Shown here: positions 50,901-59,100 of the stretch, one piece after another | Numbering within the stretch: the first letter of the stretch is position 1 | How the letters are laid out: each line of letters begins with the position of its first letter | Source of the DNA: an uncultured Gemmataceae bacterium | GTDB taxonomy: Bacteria > Planctomycetota > Planctomycetia > Gemmatales > Gemmataceae | Direction of reading: 5' to 3' | Assembly: GCA_963750165.1 (NCBI GenBank) | Contig: CAVVPN010000003.1 | Location: 3,392,001 to 3,456,000, forward strand | DNA: 64,000 nucleotides | The notes under the pieces: model-generated | The model's database searches: none | What the model was told of the DNA's origin: nothing | The model's input: only the letters and a program-made list of their open reading frames with translations | Made by a program: the position numbers and the translations under genes

Positions 50901-52477
50901 CTGCCCTCGGCCGCTCCGCCTCCGCCAGCGAGTTGACCGGCTGGCAAGCGGAACTGACGGCCGGGACCTCGCTCTACGGCGTCGCGCTGCAAATCCTGAC
51001 CACTCCCGAGGCCTACCAGTTCTACGTCAAGAGCGAGTTCGCCAGCCTGCCGCACGCCACCGCCCCCGCCAGCTCTGCCAGCCAGTTCGTCACCCTGCTC
51101 CAGCAGGGGGTGCGCGACGAGTCCATCGTCGCTGGCATCTTCATCAACAACCTGGCCGGCTCGGCCAATTACGACGCGATCACCAAGACCGTGGCCTCCA
51201 GCAGCACGCCGCCGGACACGGGAAATGGCTTCCTGGCGCAGGTCTACCAGGACGTGCTGGGCCGGGCCATCGACGCGACCGGTCTGGCGAGCTGGTCGCC
51301 GCTGCTCGACGAGGGCATCTCCCAGCAGGACGTGGCGGCGGACATCCTGGCCACGCCGGAGGCGAACACGTACCTGGTGCAGGGGCTGTATACGCAGTTG
51401 CTGGGCCGGCCGGCGGACCCGACGGGCCTGGCGGGCTGGGTGGGGGTGCTGGCGCAGGGCGGCACCGTCGAACAGGTCAAGGCGGGCATCATGGGCACGG
51501 ACGAGTTCCTGACGCACAACGGCGGCACCGACACCGGCTTCCTGCAGGGCGTTTTCCAGGCCGCCCTCGGCCGCTCCGCCTCCGCCAGCGAGTTGGCCAA
51601 CTGGCAACAATTGCTGAACGCCGGCACGTCGCGTTCCAGCGTCGCGTTGTTTATCCTGACCTCCGACGAGGCCCACGGTTACCTGGTGCAGACCTACTAC
51701 CAGGACCTGCTGTTCCGTGACGGCCAGAGCGCCGAGGTGATCGGCAACGCCCTGGCCCTGAAGGGAATCGGGACCGACCAGTCGGTCGAGGCCGCGGTGC
51801 TGGGCTCGGCGGAGTATCTCTCCTACACCGACAGCAGCACGCTGAACAATCCGGTGCTGTCCACGGAGTCTGCCTTCCTGGGGCAGTTGTACCAGGACGA
51901 ACTGGGGCGGGCGATCAATGCGTCGGAGGAGGCGGGCTGGTCGTCGTTCCTGGCCCAGGGCACCACGCGCGCGATGGTGGCCGAGTCGGTCGTGAACTCG
52001 ACGGAGGCAGAGACATATCTGGTGCAGGGGCTGTACCAGCAGTTGTTGGGCCGGCCGGCGGACCCGACGGGCCTGGCGGGCTGGGTGGGGGTGCTGGCGC
52101 AGGGCGGCACCGTCGAACAGGTCAAGGCGGGCATCATGGGCACGGACGAATTCCTGGCGCACAACGGCGGCACCGACACCGGCTTCCTGCAGGGCGTCTA
52201 CCAGGCGGCCCTCGGCCGCTCCGCCTCCGCCGCCGAACTGGCCGGTTGGCAGCAACAGTTGGCGGCGGGTACGTCGCGGACGAGTGTCGCCCTGCAGATT
52301 CTGACCACCACGGAGGCCCGCGGCTACCTGGTGAGCAGCTTCTACCAGTCCCTGCTGCACCGCGCTCCCAACCCCACCGAGCAGGCGCAGGGGGCCGCCG
52401 CCCTCCAGTACGTCACCGACCAGGTTCTGGAGACGGCCATCCTCTCGTCGCGGGAATTCGACGTGAACCTGCAATGA
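41972..52477 (+). CDS. Scaffoldin-like surface protein: leader, two cohesin-like domains, 25 Ig-like repeats, DUF4214 repeats
   Basis: LWAETLEDRVVPA leader. Cohesin-like domains at ~42108-42615 and ~42635-43145. 98/104-aa repeats at ~43150-50555. FL...Y.D.LGR..D..GL..W motifs at ~50560-52470. Confidence 0.9.
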   Translation: MFSSWWRGLTARGNKSGTYRRGRSRSRGRLWAETLEDRVVPASSAYFSMPTNLAANQGTTITVPVSINNLTDTSGNLGLNSADVVLTYDPTVFSVGSADVTQGSLLTNAPPNGTWAFTPNASTPGEIDISLFSSDLGHDVTTSAGGVLANIQFHVKGSAPTGSSTIHVVVPPATSPSNGLSSDATPHSGPDSIQGAADGYTLSPADQQDGVINVQNFAPISTLSVPTNVTAMPGGTVTVAVNVSNPDPNGSAGMTSADAAILFDPAVLSVAATGAVAAGSVVPTSGWNAFYGVDTTHTNPIDSTKDTLGLHLVNTNGTPLTSTTAGSLWLVTFNVVAGASGTTILNLVPSVQVGSSTTSTNVTGANKVYQLTPAPTNATTDAVDGSVTVSAVATATHFSVSGPSTATAGTPVSFTVTALDASNNPVSGYTGMVHFTSSDGQAVLPADATLTNGTGTFNVTFHTSGSQTLTATDTVISSITGTSGPVTVSATAATHFSVTAPATATAGSAFSFTVTALDAFNNTASGYTGTVHFTSSDGQAVLPANSTLTNGTGTFNVTLKTAGNQTLTATDTVTSTITGTSAAIAVSAAAATHFSVTAPSSATAGSAFNFTVTAQDAFNNIATGYTGTVHFTSSDGQATLPANGTLTSGTGTFSATLKTSGSQTLTATDTVTSTITGTSAAIAVSAAAATHFTVTAPATATAGSAFTFTVTALDAFNNTATGYTGMVHFTSTDSQAVLPADATLTNGTGTFTVTLKTTGNQTLTATDTVTSTITGTSAAIAVSAAAATHFTVTAPATATAGSAFSVTVTALDAFNNTASGYTGTVHFTSSDGQAVLPANSTLTNGTGTFNVTLKTAGNQTLTATDTVTSTITGTSAAIAVSAAAATHFSVTAPATATAGSAFTFTVTAQDAFNNTASGYSGTVHFTSTDATATLPANSTLTNGVGTFSATLHTAGSQTITATDTVTSTITGTSNAINVGTFPATHFAVSAPSSATAGTAFSFTVTALDASNNPTAGYSGTVHFTSSDGQAVLPADATLTNGVGTFTVTLKTAGNQTITATDTVTSSITGTSAAIAVSAAAATHFTVTAPATATAGTAFNFMVTALDAFNNTATGYTGMVHFTSTDSQAVLPTDATLTSGTGTFSATLKTAGSQTLIATDTVTSSITGSSNSIAVSAAAASHFSVTAPSSATAGSAFSVTVTALDAFNNTATGYTGTVHFTSSDSTAVLPANSTLTNGVGTFNVTLKTAGSQTLTATDTVTSTITGTSAAIAVSAAAATHFSVSAPATATAGSAFSFTVTALDAFNNTATGYTGTVHFTSSDGQAVLPTDSPLTSGTGTFNATLKTSGNQTLTATDTVTSTITGTSAAIAVSAAAATHFTVTAPATATAGTAFNFTVTALDAFNNTATGYTGMVHFTSTDSQAVLPADATLTSGTGTFSATLKTSGSQTLIATDTVTSTITGSSNSIAVSAAAASHFSVTAPSSATAGSAFSVTVTALDAFNNTATGYSGTVHFTSSDGQAVLPANSTLTNGVGTFNVTLQTAGNQTITATDTVTSTITGTSAAIAVSAATATHFSVTAPATATAGSAFSFTVTALDAFNNTASGYTGTVHFTSSDGQAVLPTDSPLTSGVGTFNATLKTAGSQTLTATDTVTSTITGTSAAVTVSAAAATHFSVTAPSSATTGGPFSVTVTARDAFNNTASGYLGTVHFTTTDSGSGAAVPADYTFVAGDNGAHTFTNGVTLVTAGSQSVTATDTVTSSITGSATITVSAVSATHFSVSGPATATAGTAVSFTVTALDASNNPVSGYTGMVHFTSSDGHAVLPADATLTNGTGTFNVTFQTAGSQTLTATDTVTSSITGTSGPVTVSAAAATHFAVSAPATANAGSAFTFTVTALDAFNNAATGYTGTVHFTSSDGQAVLPADSTLTSGVGTFSATLKTAGNQTLTATDTVSSSITGTSAAIAVSGVAATHFNVTAPANATAGSAFSFTVTALDPFNNTDTDYTGTVHFTSSDGQAVLPADSTLTNGVGTFNATLKTAGSQTLTATDTVTSTITGTSAAVTVSAAAATHFSVSAPSNATTGGPFSVTVTAQDAFNNTATGYLGTVHFTTTDSGSGAAVPADYTFVAGDNGVHTFTNGVTLVTAGSQSVTATDTVTSSITGSATITVSAVAATHFSVSGPATATAGTAVSFTVTALDASNNPVSGYTGMVHFTSSDGQAVLPADATLTNGTGTFNVTFQTAGSQTLTATDTVTSSITGTSGPVTVSAAAVTHFAVSAPATATAGSAFNFTVTALDQFNNTDTGYTGTVHFTSSDGQAVLPADSTLTNGAGTFSVTLKTAGSQTLTATDTVTSSITGTSAAITVSAAAATHFAVTAPSNATAGSAFSFTVTALDPFNNTDTGYTGTVHFTSSDGQAVLPADSTLTSGTGTFNATLKTAGSQTLTATDTVTSTITGTSAAISVSAAAATHLSVSAPSNATTGAPFSVTVTALDPFNNTDTGYLGTVHFTTTDSGSGAAVPADYTFVAGDNGAHTFTNGVTLVTAGSQSVTATDTVTSSITGSATITVSAVAATHFSVSGPTTATAGVASSFTVTALDASNNPVSGYTGTVHFTSSDGQAVLPANATLTNGVGTFSVTFHTSGSQTLTATDTITSSITGTSAAVAVSAAAATHFSVSASSAATAGSAFSFTVTALDPFNNTATGYTGTVHFTSSDGQAALPADSALISGVGTFSATLKTAGNQTLTATDTVSSSITGSSGTVNVSPAAASHFSVSAPATATAGSAFNFTVTALDAFNNTATGYTGTVHFTSSDTAATLPADATLTSGTGTFSATLQTVGAQTLTATDTVTSSITGTSAAITVSSTNPNTTFLNNAYLDLLGRPIDPAGLSYWSSVLDQGYSRTYVLAGIQASNEYKTDLVTKLFTQLLGRAPDTTDLTNWVLFLNQGGTVEELKAGIMGSAEFLAHNGGTDTGFLQGVYQAALGRSASASELTGWQAELTAGTSLYGVALQILTTPEAYQFYVKSEFASLPHATAPASSASQFVTLLQQGVRDESIVAGIFINNLAGSANYDAITKTVASSSTPPDTGNGFLAQVYQDVLGRAIDATGLASWSPLLDEGISQQDVAADILATPEANTYLVQGLYTQLLGRPADPTGLAGWVGVLAQGGTVEQVKAGIMGTDEFLTHNGGTDTGFLQGVFQAALGRSASASELANWQQLLNAGTSRSSVALFILTSDEAHGYLVQTYYQDLLFRDGQSAEVIGNALALKGIGTDQSVEAAVLGSAEYLSYTDSSTLNNPVLSTESAFLGQLYQDELGRAINASEEAGWSSFLAQGTTRAMVAESVVNSTEAETYLVQGLYQQLLGRPADPTGLAGWVGVLAQGGTVEQVKAGIMGTDEFLAHNGGTDTGFLQGVYQAALGRSASAAELAGWQQQLAAGTSRTSVALQILTTTEARGYLVSSFYQSLLHRAPNPTEQAQGAAALQYVTDQVLETAILSSREFDVNLQ
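43154..50555 (+). repeat. Coding tandem array of 25 Ig-like units (22 x 294 bp, 3 x 312 bp)
   Basis: The His codon of the ATHF motif recurs at 43160, 43454, 43748 ... 46982 (294-bp spacing), then 47294 (+312) and onward to 50270. Confidence 0.95.
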
Positions 52478-52591
52478 CCCGGGCCGGTGTATCACATTCC
52501 GGCAGACCCTGGAGTTGTGGACATCCCGCATTTGGCAGGAGAGGAGGAGTTCGGTTCGTCGGTCGCCATACCGCGCGACCGACGAACCGAA

Positions 52592-55537
52592 TCAGTCTTG
52601 CGACTCGATCAATTTCTTGAATTCTGGCCGCTCCCGGAGACCCTGGGGAAACGCCGAGTCGCCCCGGATCAGCGGGATGGGGTCCGGGCCCTTGCGCTCC
52701 CTGCGCCACAACTCCACTTCCCGGTACAGGCAGGCCAGGGCCAGGTCCTCGTACTCCCGGGCCCGCTTCGGGGCCTTCTCCGACAACTTGCCATACACGC
52801 AGGCGACGTTGTGCAGCACGAGATAGTCCCCCGACCCGTGCAGCGTCGCCTCCAGAGCGCGGCGGCTGGCCTCGGCCGGCGCCTTGCCCTGGCACGCCTC
52901 GACGTAACCCAGCCAGGCGTGCGCCTCGGCGTGGGTGGGTTCGAGCTTGAGCGCGGCGGTGAAATCGGCCAGCGCCTCGTCGTACCGGTCCAGGTCCACC
53001 AGCACCGCGCCGCGCTTCACCCGCAGCCGCGCCTCCTTCGGCGACAGGGCAATCGCCTGGCCATACGCCTCGGCCGACTGGGGTAGCTGGTTCAGGTCCT
53101 GGCTTACCAACCCCAGTTGGTCGAACAGGCCGGGGTTCCTGCCGCCCAGGGCGACCGCCTGTTTCAACTCCGCCTGGGCCAACAGTCGCAACGTCTTGCG
53201 GGCCGCGCCGGGCAACTCCGCCGCCAGCAGTCGCAATTGCCGCCCGCGCGCCTCGTGTCCCGCGGCGCTCTTCGGGTCGAACGCCCCACCCCGGGTCAGG
53301 TAGCTCTCCACGTCGGCCAGGCCCTTGTCGAGGTCCCCCTGGGCGAAGTAAATGACGGCGCGGCGCAGGTATGCCGCCCGTGGGCCGCGCTTCTCCGAAA
53401 CCGCCAGGCTGAAGTCCGCCAGCGCCCTGTCCACGTCGCCGCGCTCCAGGTGCAGTCGGCCGCGATAGAAGGCGGCTTCCAGCAGGCGCTGCTCGGCGGG
53501 CTCCGCCAGCACGGTGGCGAAGTCGGCCAGGGCGGCGTCATATTGCTTGTGCAGCCAGTGGACCACGCCGCGGTTCAGGCGCGCGGGCCGCAGCGTGGGG
53601 TCGAGCCGGACAGCCTCGTTCAGGTCCGCCAGGGCTTCGGGGTAGCGCTTCTGCAAGCCCAGCACCAGGCCGCGCAGCGTGTAACCCCACGGCAACTTCG
53701 GCCGCAGAGCCACGCACGCCCCCAGGGCCTCGACCGCCAGGTCTCCCTGCCCGAGCGCCAGGTAACATTGACCGAGCTGGAAGTGCGACCAGAAGTGCCC
53801 CTGTTCCAAAGCCAGTGCCTTGCGGTAGTACTCGATGGCCTGGATCAACCGCTTCCGGGCGGCGGACTGGCCCGCCGGCTTGCCCTGGTCCTCTTCCCGG
53901 GGGTCGTGCTGGGTGCGGTAGCGCTCCGCGGTCAGGAAGTGATCGACGGCCCGGGTGGGGGTGTTCGGGTCGCCGGCCCGGTGCTCCTCGGTGGCGGCCC
54001 GGTCCCTGTCCCCGAGCAGCTGGTAGGCCGCGCCGCGCAGGCGGTGATACCCCACCGTCGTCGGCCGCAGCGGTTCGGCCCGATCCAGCAGGGCCAGCAT
54101 TTCCTTCCCCACGGTTTCGCCAGCGACCCCGGTCGCCCCGGCGCGACGACCGGTGGTGTAGGTCACCAGCAGCAGCAGGTCATACAACTCCGCTGCGAAA
54201 GCGGCACGGTCCTCGGCCAGTGGGAACTGCTCCAGCCGTGGCCCGTAGGGGCCGACGACGGCGAGGGCCTCCCGGGCGGTGGTCGCCCCCTTTTCGGGGT
54301 CGTAATAGGGCATGTGCTCCGCCCCCGGGTCCTGGAAGGCGGCATACAACTGGGTCTCGTTGGCCAGCCGGCGGAACGCCTGCAGGTCCTGGCCAGCCTT
54401 TTGCCGGGCCGCCAGGTTCGCCGCCTCCCGCTCGGCTTTTTCCTGCTCCACCTTCGCCTTCCGAACTTTCAGGGCGTTCCGGATGCTGGCCTCGCGGAGT
54501 TCCTGATCCTGGGCGTCCTGCAAATCCTGCAACTCCTGCTCGTGCCGGGCCCTGGCCTGCAGGTACTCGTTGACCCCGAACCCCAGCAGACCGAGGAACG
54601 CCACGGCGACCGCGGCCCGCAGGAGGGCGACACGATGCCGTTTGGCCCAGCGCAAAAGTCGCTCCCAGGCGTTCTCGCGGTAAGCCAGCACGGGCTCGCC
54701 GGCCAGGTGGCGCTGCACGTCCTCGGCCAGGGCCGCGGCGCTCTGGTAGCGGTCCTCCTTGCGCAGCGCCAGCGCCTTCATACAAATGGCGTCGAGATCC
54801 TTGGGGATGGCCGGGTTCAGTTTGCGCGGGACCGTCGGCGTCTGGGTGCTGGCCATCAGGATCAGTTCGGGAAGTTTGCGGGCCTGGCGCGGCTTCTTGC
54901 CGGTGAGGATGTGGTAGAGGATGCCTCCCAGCAGGAAAACATCGCTGACATGATCGACGGCCTCGACCCGGCCCTCGGCCACCTCGGGGGACATGTACGC
55001 ACCGGTCCCCTTGATGGTCCCGGCCTGGGTCTCCAGGGTTTCGCCCGAGAAACTGTTGCGGATCTGCACACCAGTACCCGGTTCCTCGGGAACTCCCATG
55101 GGCTTGGCGAGGCCCCAGTCGAGGACCAGGGTTTCGCCGTAAGCGCCGACCATGACATTGTCGGGCTTGAGGTCGCGGTGGATCACCCCGCGGCTGTGGG
55201 CGTACGCCATCGTCTGGCAGACGTGGAGGAAAAACTGGAGCAGCCGCAGCCCCTGGACCTCGCGCGGCACGTCCCCCCTGGGCGGACTGGCGTGGAATTC
55301 GTCGATGACTTCCGTGAGTGTGCGCCCCTGGATGAATTTCATCGCGTAGAAGGGCTGGCCCGCCTCGTCGCGGCCCAGTTCGTGGATGGGGACCACGCCG
55401 GGGTGTTCCAGCTGGCCGGTCACCTGGGCTTCCCGGAGGAACTGGTCCTTCGTCGCATCGTTGGGGTTGCCGCGAATCTTTTTCAGGGCCACGGGCCGGC
55501 CGAGGTCGCCGTCCTCCGCCAGCCAGATTTCTCCCAT
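52592..55537 (-). CDS. Ser/Thr protein kinase with TM segment and TPR repeats (main part; N-terminus lies in the upstream frame)
   Basis: (ARGG)MGEIW, VALK, HRDLKPDN, DWG and GTGAYMSPE. TM segment VAVAFLGLLGFGV, then a coiled coil and multiple TPRs. Confidence 0.92.
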   Translation of the reverse strand: MGEIWLAEDGDLGRPVALKKIRGNPNDATKDQFLREAQVTGQLEHPGVVPIHELGRDEAGQPFYAMKFIQGRTLTEVIDEFHASPPRGDVPREVQGLRLLQFFLHVCQTMAYAHSRGVIHRDLKPDNVMVGAYGETLVLDWGLAKPMGVPEEPGTGVQIRNSFSGETLETQAGTIKGTGAYMSPEVAEGRVEAVDHVSDVFLLGGILYHILTGKKPRQARKLPELILMASTQTPTVPRKLNPAIPKDLDAICMKALALRKEDRYQSAAALAEDVQRHLAGEPVLAYRENAWERLLRWAKRHRVALLRAAVAVAFLGLLGFGVNEYLQARARHEQELQDLQDAQDQELREASIRNALKVRKAKVEQEKAEREAANLAARQKAGQDLQAFRRLANETQLYAAFQDPGAEHMPYYDPEKGATTAREALAVVGPYGPRLEQFPLAEDRAAFAAELYDLLLLVTYTTGRRAGATGVAGETVGKEMLALLDRAEPLRPTTVGYHRLRGAAYQLLGDRDRAATEEHRAGDPNTPTRAVDHFLTAERYRTQHDPREEDQGKPAGQSAARKRLIQAIEYYRKALALEQGHFWSHFQLGQCYLALGQGDLAVEALGACVALRPKLPWGYTLRGLVLGLQKRYPEALADLNEAVRLDPTLRPARLNRGVVHWLHKQYDAALADFATVLAEPAEQRLLEAAFYRGRLHLERGDVDRALADFSLAVSEKRGPRAAYLRRAVIYFAQGDLDKGLADVESYLTRGGAFDPKSAAGHEARGRQLRLLAAELPGAARKTLRLLAQAELKQAVALGGRNPGLFDQLGLVSQDLNQLPQSAEAYGQAIALSPKEARLRVKRGAVLVDLDRYDEALADFTAALKLEPTHAEAHAWLGYVEACQGKAPAEASRRALEATLHGSGDYLVLHNVACVYGKLSEKAPKRAREYEDLALACLYREVELWRRERKGPDPIPLIRGDSAFPQGLRERPEFKKLIESQD

Positions 55538-55560
55538 GCCGCCCCGGGCGTGGAACTTCT

Positions 55561-56094
55561 TCAGGATGTAGCGCCGGATCGCATTTCCGGCGCCTCCGCG
55601 GGGGGGTAAGCCCCCGCGGAGGCGGCGCCGGTGGCCTCGACGGCGCGGCGCTGCCCCGTTTTCTGCGCGGAGCCGGAATCGGCCGCCGACTCGGAACGCT
55701 GCTCGGGGGGCGCGTCGATGGTGGCCCCAAACTCGGGGCTCGGTTCGGACAGCCGGGCGGGGATGTCAGTCGTGGCGTCGGGGTTCGGGTCATCCACCGG
55801 GGGCGTGCGGCCAGCCGGCACATCGACAGTGCCGTCCGGGTCGGACGGTTGCTTGGGGAAGTCGATGGTGCCATCGTGGGTCGGGTCGTCCACCGGAGGC
55901 GTGCGGCCGGGCTGGAAGTCCATCGTTCCCGCCGGGACTGGCTGCGGACACGCCGCGGGTGGGGCGTCAATGGTCCCATCCTCCGGCGCCGGCCCGACAG
56001 GTTGGCTGCCCTTGCCCGGCGCGGCCGGCAGGTCAGTGGTGCCCTCGTCGAGGACCTCGGTTGGCTGTTCCTGCCAGTTGGGATCGACGGACAT
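55561..56094 (-). CDS. Low-complexity N-terminal part of the kinase, separated by a frameshift at ~55582
   Basis: AGAAGGAGA RBS before the ATG at 56094. Adding one base at GAA ATG CG ATC joins it to IRRYILKKFHARGGMGEI, the kinase subdomain I. The joined product is ~1167 aa. Confidence 0.8.
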   Translation of the reverse strand: MSVDPNWQEQPTEVLDEGTTDLPAAPGKGSQPVGPAPEDGTIDAPPAACPQPVPAGTMDFQPGRTPPVDDPTHDGTIDFPKQPSDPDGTVDVPAGRTPPVDDPNPDATTDIPARLSEPSPEFGATIDAPPEQRSESAADSGSAQKTGQRRAVEATGAASAGAYPPAEAPEMRSGATS

Positions 56095-56127
56095 CGGGGA
56101 GTCTCCTTCTCGGGCGAACGGTGCAGG

Positions 56128-59100
56128 TCACCGGGTCAACCCCACGACCTGGGAGCGGCGCTCCTCGGAATCGAACCCAAGCAAGGTGGGCTGGAACAGT
56201 CCCGCGGCAATCGCCGCCAGGCCGGCCATGCCGAGCCAGTCCACCGGTGGGTTCTCCACGGACCACACCTGATCCACGGGCGTTGCCGGGACAGCCGGTT
56301 CGCTGGCGGCATCGTCTACCGGCTCCAGCGCGTCCGGCGGCGGCGGCGTCACCGGGCCGGGGTCGGGCAGGGGCGCGGGCCGTGGGCAGGGCTCGGCTGC
56401 CGGAGTGGTGGGTGGCAGGGGTTGACCACCTGCGGGAGTCGATGCCACCAGGGGGTCCACGGGGTCAACGACCAGCGCGTCCTCTTCCGATTCGGGTGGC
56501 GCCTCTGGTTGCGGCCCCGGTGGTGGGGCCACGCGGGGGCGGGGCGGCCTCATTTGGTTGGCCTCCCGGAACTGTTGAAGAATCCATGCCAGGGCTCCGT
56601 TTGGCGGGACCACCCCGCCGCCGGCGCGGCCGGCACCCAGCTCGGGGAGGTTCTCCCAGTCGTCGTCGAGGTTTTCATACTCGCCGGGGTTGATGGTAAG
56701 CCCCCCCAGGAGCAGGGCGCCCTCACCGGACAGGCCGTCCTCATTGTCGTGTGTCTGGCTCGCGTTCAACGGGGCGGTCGATGACAGGGAAGTCGTCAGG
56801 GCCAGGGATGCTGCCAGCAGAAAGGCACCGGTCGTGGCCGCGATGCTCGTCCCCGAGAATCCGGACGGCTCCGTCAGCGCTGCCGACTCTCCCGGGAGCG
56901 TACCTGACCCCGCGAGCGTATCCACCGGGGTGGCGAGCACGACCGCGGCGGCGATGTCGGGGGCGGTCAGGTCGAAGTTGAAGGTGCGCTCTCCGCCGCG
57001 GATGGCGTCGGTCAGGGCGAAGGTCTCTGTCTGGCCGCCGTTGAAGAGGACCGCGCCGCCGCGGGACGACGCCTGAACATCGGAGAGGTTCAGGGTGAAC
57101 GACTCCCCCCCCAGGCCGGCCAGGACGAGCACCTCAACGTTGTTGGCCACCTCGATGTAGGTCCGCGCCAGGTTGTTGCTGAGGGCGTTGGACTGCTGGT
57201 TGAAGATCAGGCGCTGCCCCTGCGAGTCGGCGGCGTCGGCAGACACCGGGTCGAGCCAGATCACCAGCACGGTCAGCCCCCCCACGGCTGGCAGGAAAGA
57301 AGTCACGGTCTGGGCGTTCAGCGCCGGCGTGATGCTCGGGTCGTCGCCACCCCGCGTCTGCTGCAGGGAGGTCAGCAGTGCCCCCTGGTTGTCGTGGTAC
57401 TGCGTCAGGAACTTGTTGCCGGCGCTGAGTTGGTCCAGGTCGATGGGGCTGGGCATGGGCACCAGCCCGGGCATTGTCTTCTGGTTGTTCGGGGCGATGA
57501 CGCCAGCGGCCACCGTGACGACGGGGTGGCCGTTGAAGGCGGCGCCGCCGACCAGCAGTTCGGCTTCCGTGCTGTTGTAAGCCGCCGCCTGGACGGCTGG
57601 GGACACTTCCACGCGATATGTGCCGGGCTGCAGTGCCTGGGCGAAGTAGAGGGTCACGGTCTGCTCCGCCTCGGCGGGGTAGAACCGCCCGGTGGCGACG
57701 CCGATGTTCACCCCCGCGGCGTACACGGCCTGGAGGCCGTTGCCCGGGGCTGCCAGGGGGATGACCTGTGGCTGAGGGTTGGGGCCGGTGGGGTTCGGGG
57801 TGCCGAGCCAGGTCACCGTGTAGTTGGCTGGGTTCTGCGCGGCCGCGAGGTCCAGGTGGTCACCCTGGAAGGTGAGAATGAGCGTGTTGGCCGGGCCGCC
57901 CGACGTGCCGTTCGCCCCAGGGAATGACCCGGGCGCCTGGACGGAGGCCAGCTGGGGCAACACGTCCAGGTCCAGGGTGTAGACCCCGGCGCCCCCCGCG
58001 ACGCCGAAAACGTGCAGGGTCAACACGGTCCCCTGAGGCGCCAGGACACGAATCCGCGCCCCGATGGCGGTGTGGGTTTCCTGCAGGATGCTCCCCGGCG
58101 ACAGGGCGTGACCCTGGGCGTCGAGCACTTCGAGGTCCAGGCCGTTGCCGACCGAATACTGGAACTGGGCGGAGATGTCGATCACTTGCGGCCCGGTCCC
58201 CGGGGCCGCCTCGGTTGGGACCGTGTAGGAGAAGTAAGCGTCCGCGTGACCGGTGACAATGGCCAGCGGTTGGGTGAGGAGGTGCGTCGCAGCGCCCAGG
58301 TTGCGTGCGTGCGCGAGGTCGGTGTTCGGCGCCAGCACCAGCGGCTGGCCGTAGATGACCGTGACGCCCCCCTTGTCGGCAACGGCCAGGTCCGTGGCGC
58401 CGTCGTTGTTGAAATCGCCGGCGACGATTTGCCCGGCGGTCCCCACCTGGGCGAGCACCAGCGGCGCGCCGAATGTGTAATGGCCCTGGGCGTCCACAAT
58501 CCCGGGCAGCAGAATCACCTCGGCCGTCCCGGCGCCGCCGCGGATGGATGCGGTGACGACGATGTCCGTGTTCCCGTACGACATTCCCGAGGGGAGCGTG
58601 GGGGCGTTTGCGGGCAGGGGGAACTGGTTGACGACGGCCAGGCCGACCACGCCAACATCCTCGCCCTGCCGCGGCGCCATGGCCTGGTAAACCTGCGCCG
58701 GTTGAAACGTCCCGTCGCCGTTGCCCAGCAGGACGTAGACGTTGCCGGTGTTGGTGCCGGTCAGCACCAGATCGAGGTTGCGGTCGCCGTTCAGGTGGAC
58801 CGCCTGGGCGTTGAAGATGTTCTCGGGGGTAGCGAACGTCACCCCCGCCTGGAAGGTGCCGTCGCCATTGCCACGGAAGAATTCAGCCGTTGCGGCATTT
58901 TTGCTGAAGACGATGACATCCAGTTTGCCGTCGCCGGTAAAATCGCCCACCACCAGCGGGCCGGCACCGTCCGTGAAGGTGGTCGTGTTGAACGGTTGCA
59001 GCGGCGGCGAAAACGTCCCATCCCCGTGGCCTAGCAGGACCACGAACTGCGACGGCTGCCCGTTGTTGTAATTTTCGAGCACGACCGCGTCCGTTTTGCC

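Noticed and set aside
10052..52531. Many long minus-strand ORFs (e.g. 26347-30246, 35852-39826, 41930-46690, 47804-52531)
   Set aside because: They are antisense shadows of the repetitive, codon-biased + strand genes (ACC/GGC/AAC-rich) and show no protein motifs.
53117..55979. ORFs 53117-55609 (+) and 54180-55979 (-)
   Set aside because: They are alternative-frame or antisense overlaps of the kinase gene with no recognisable motifs.
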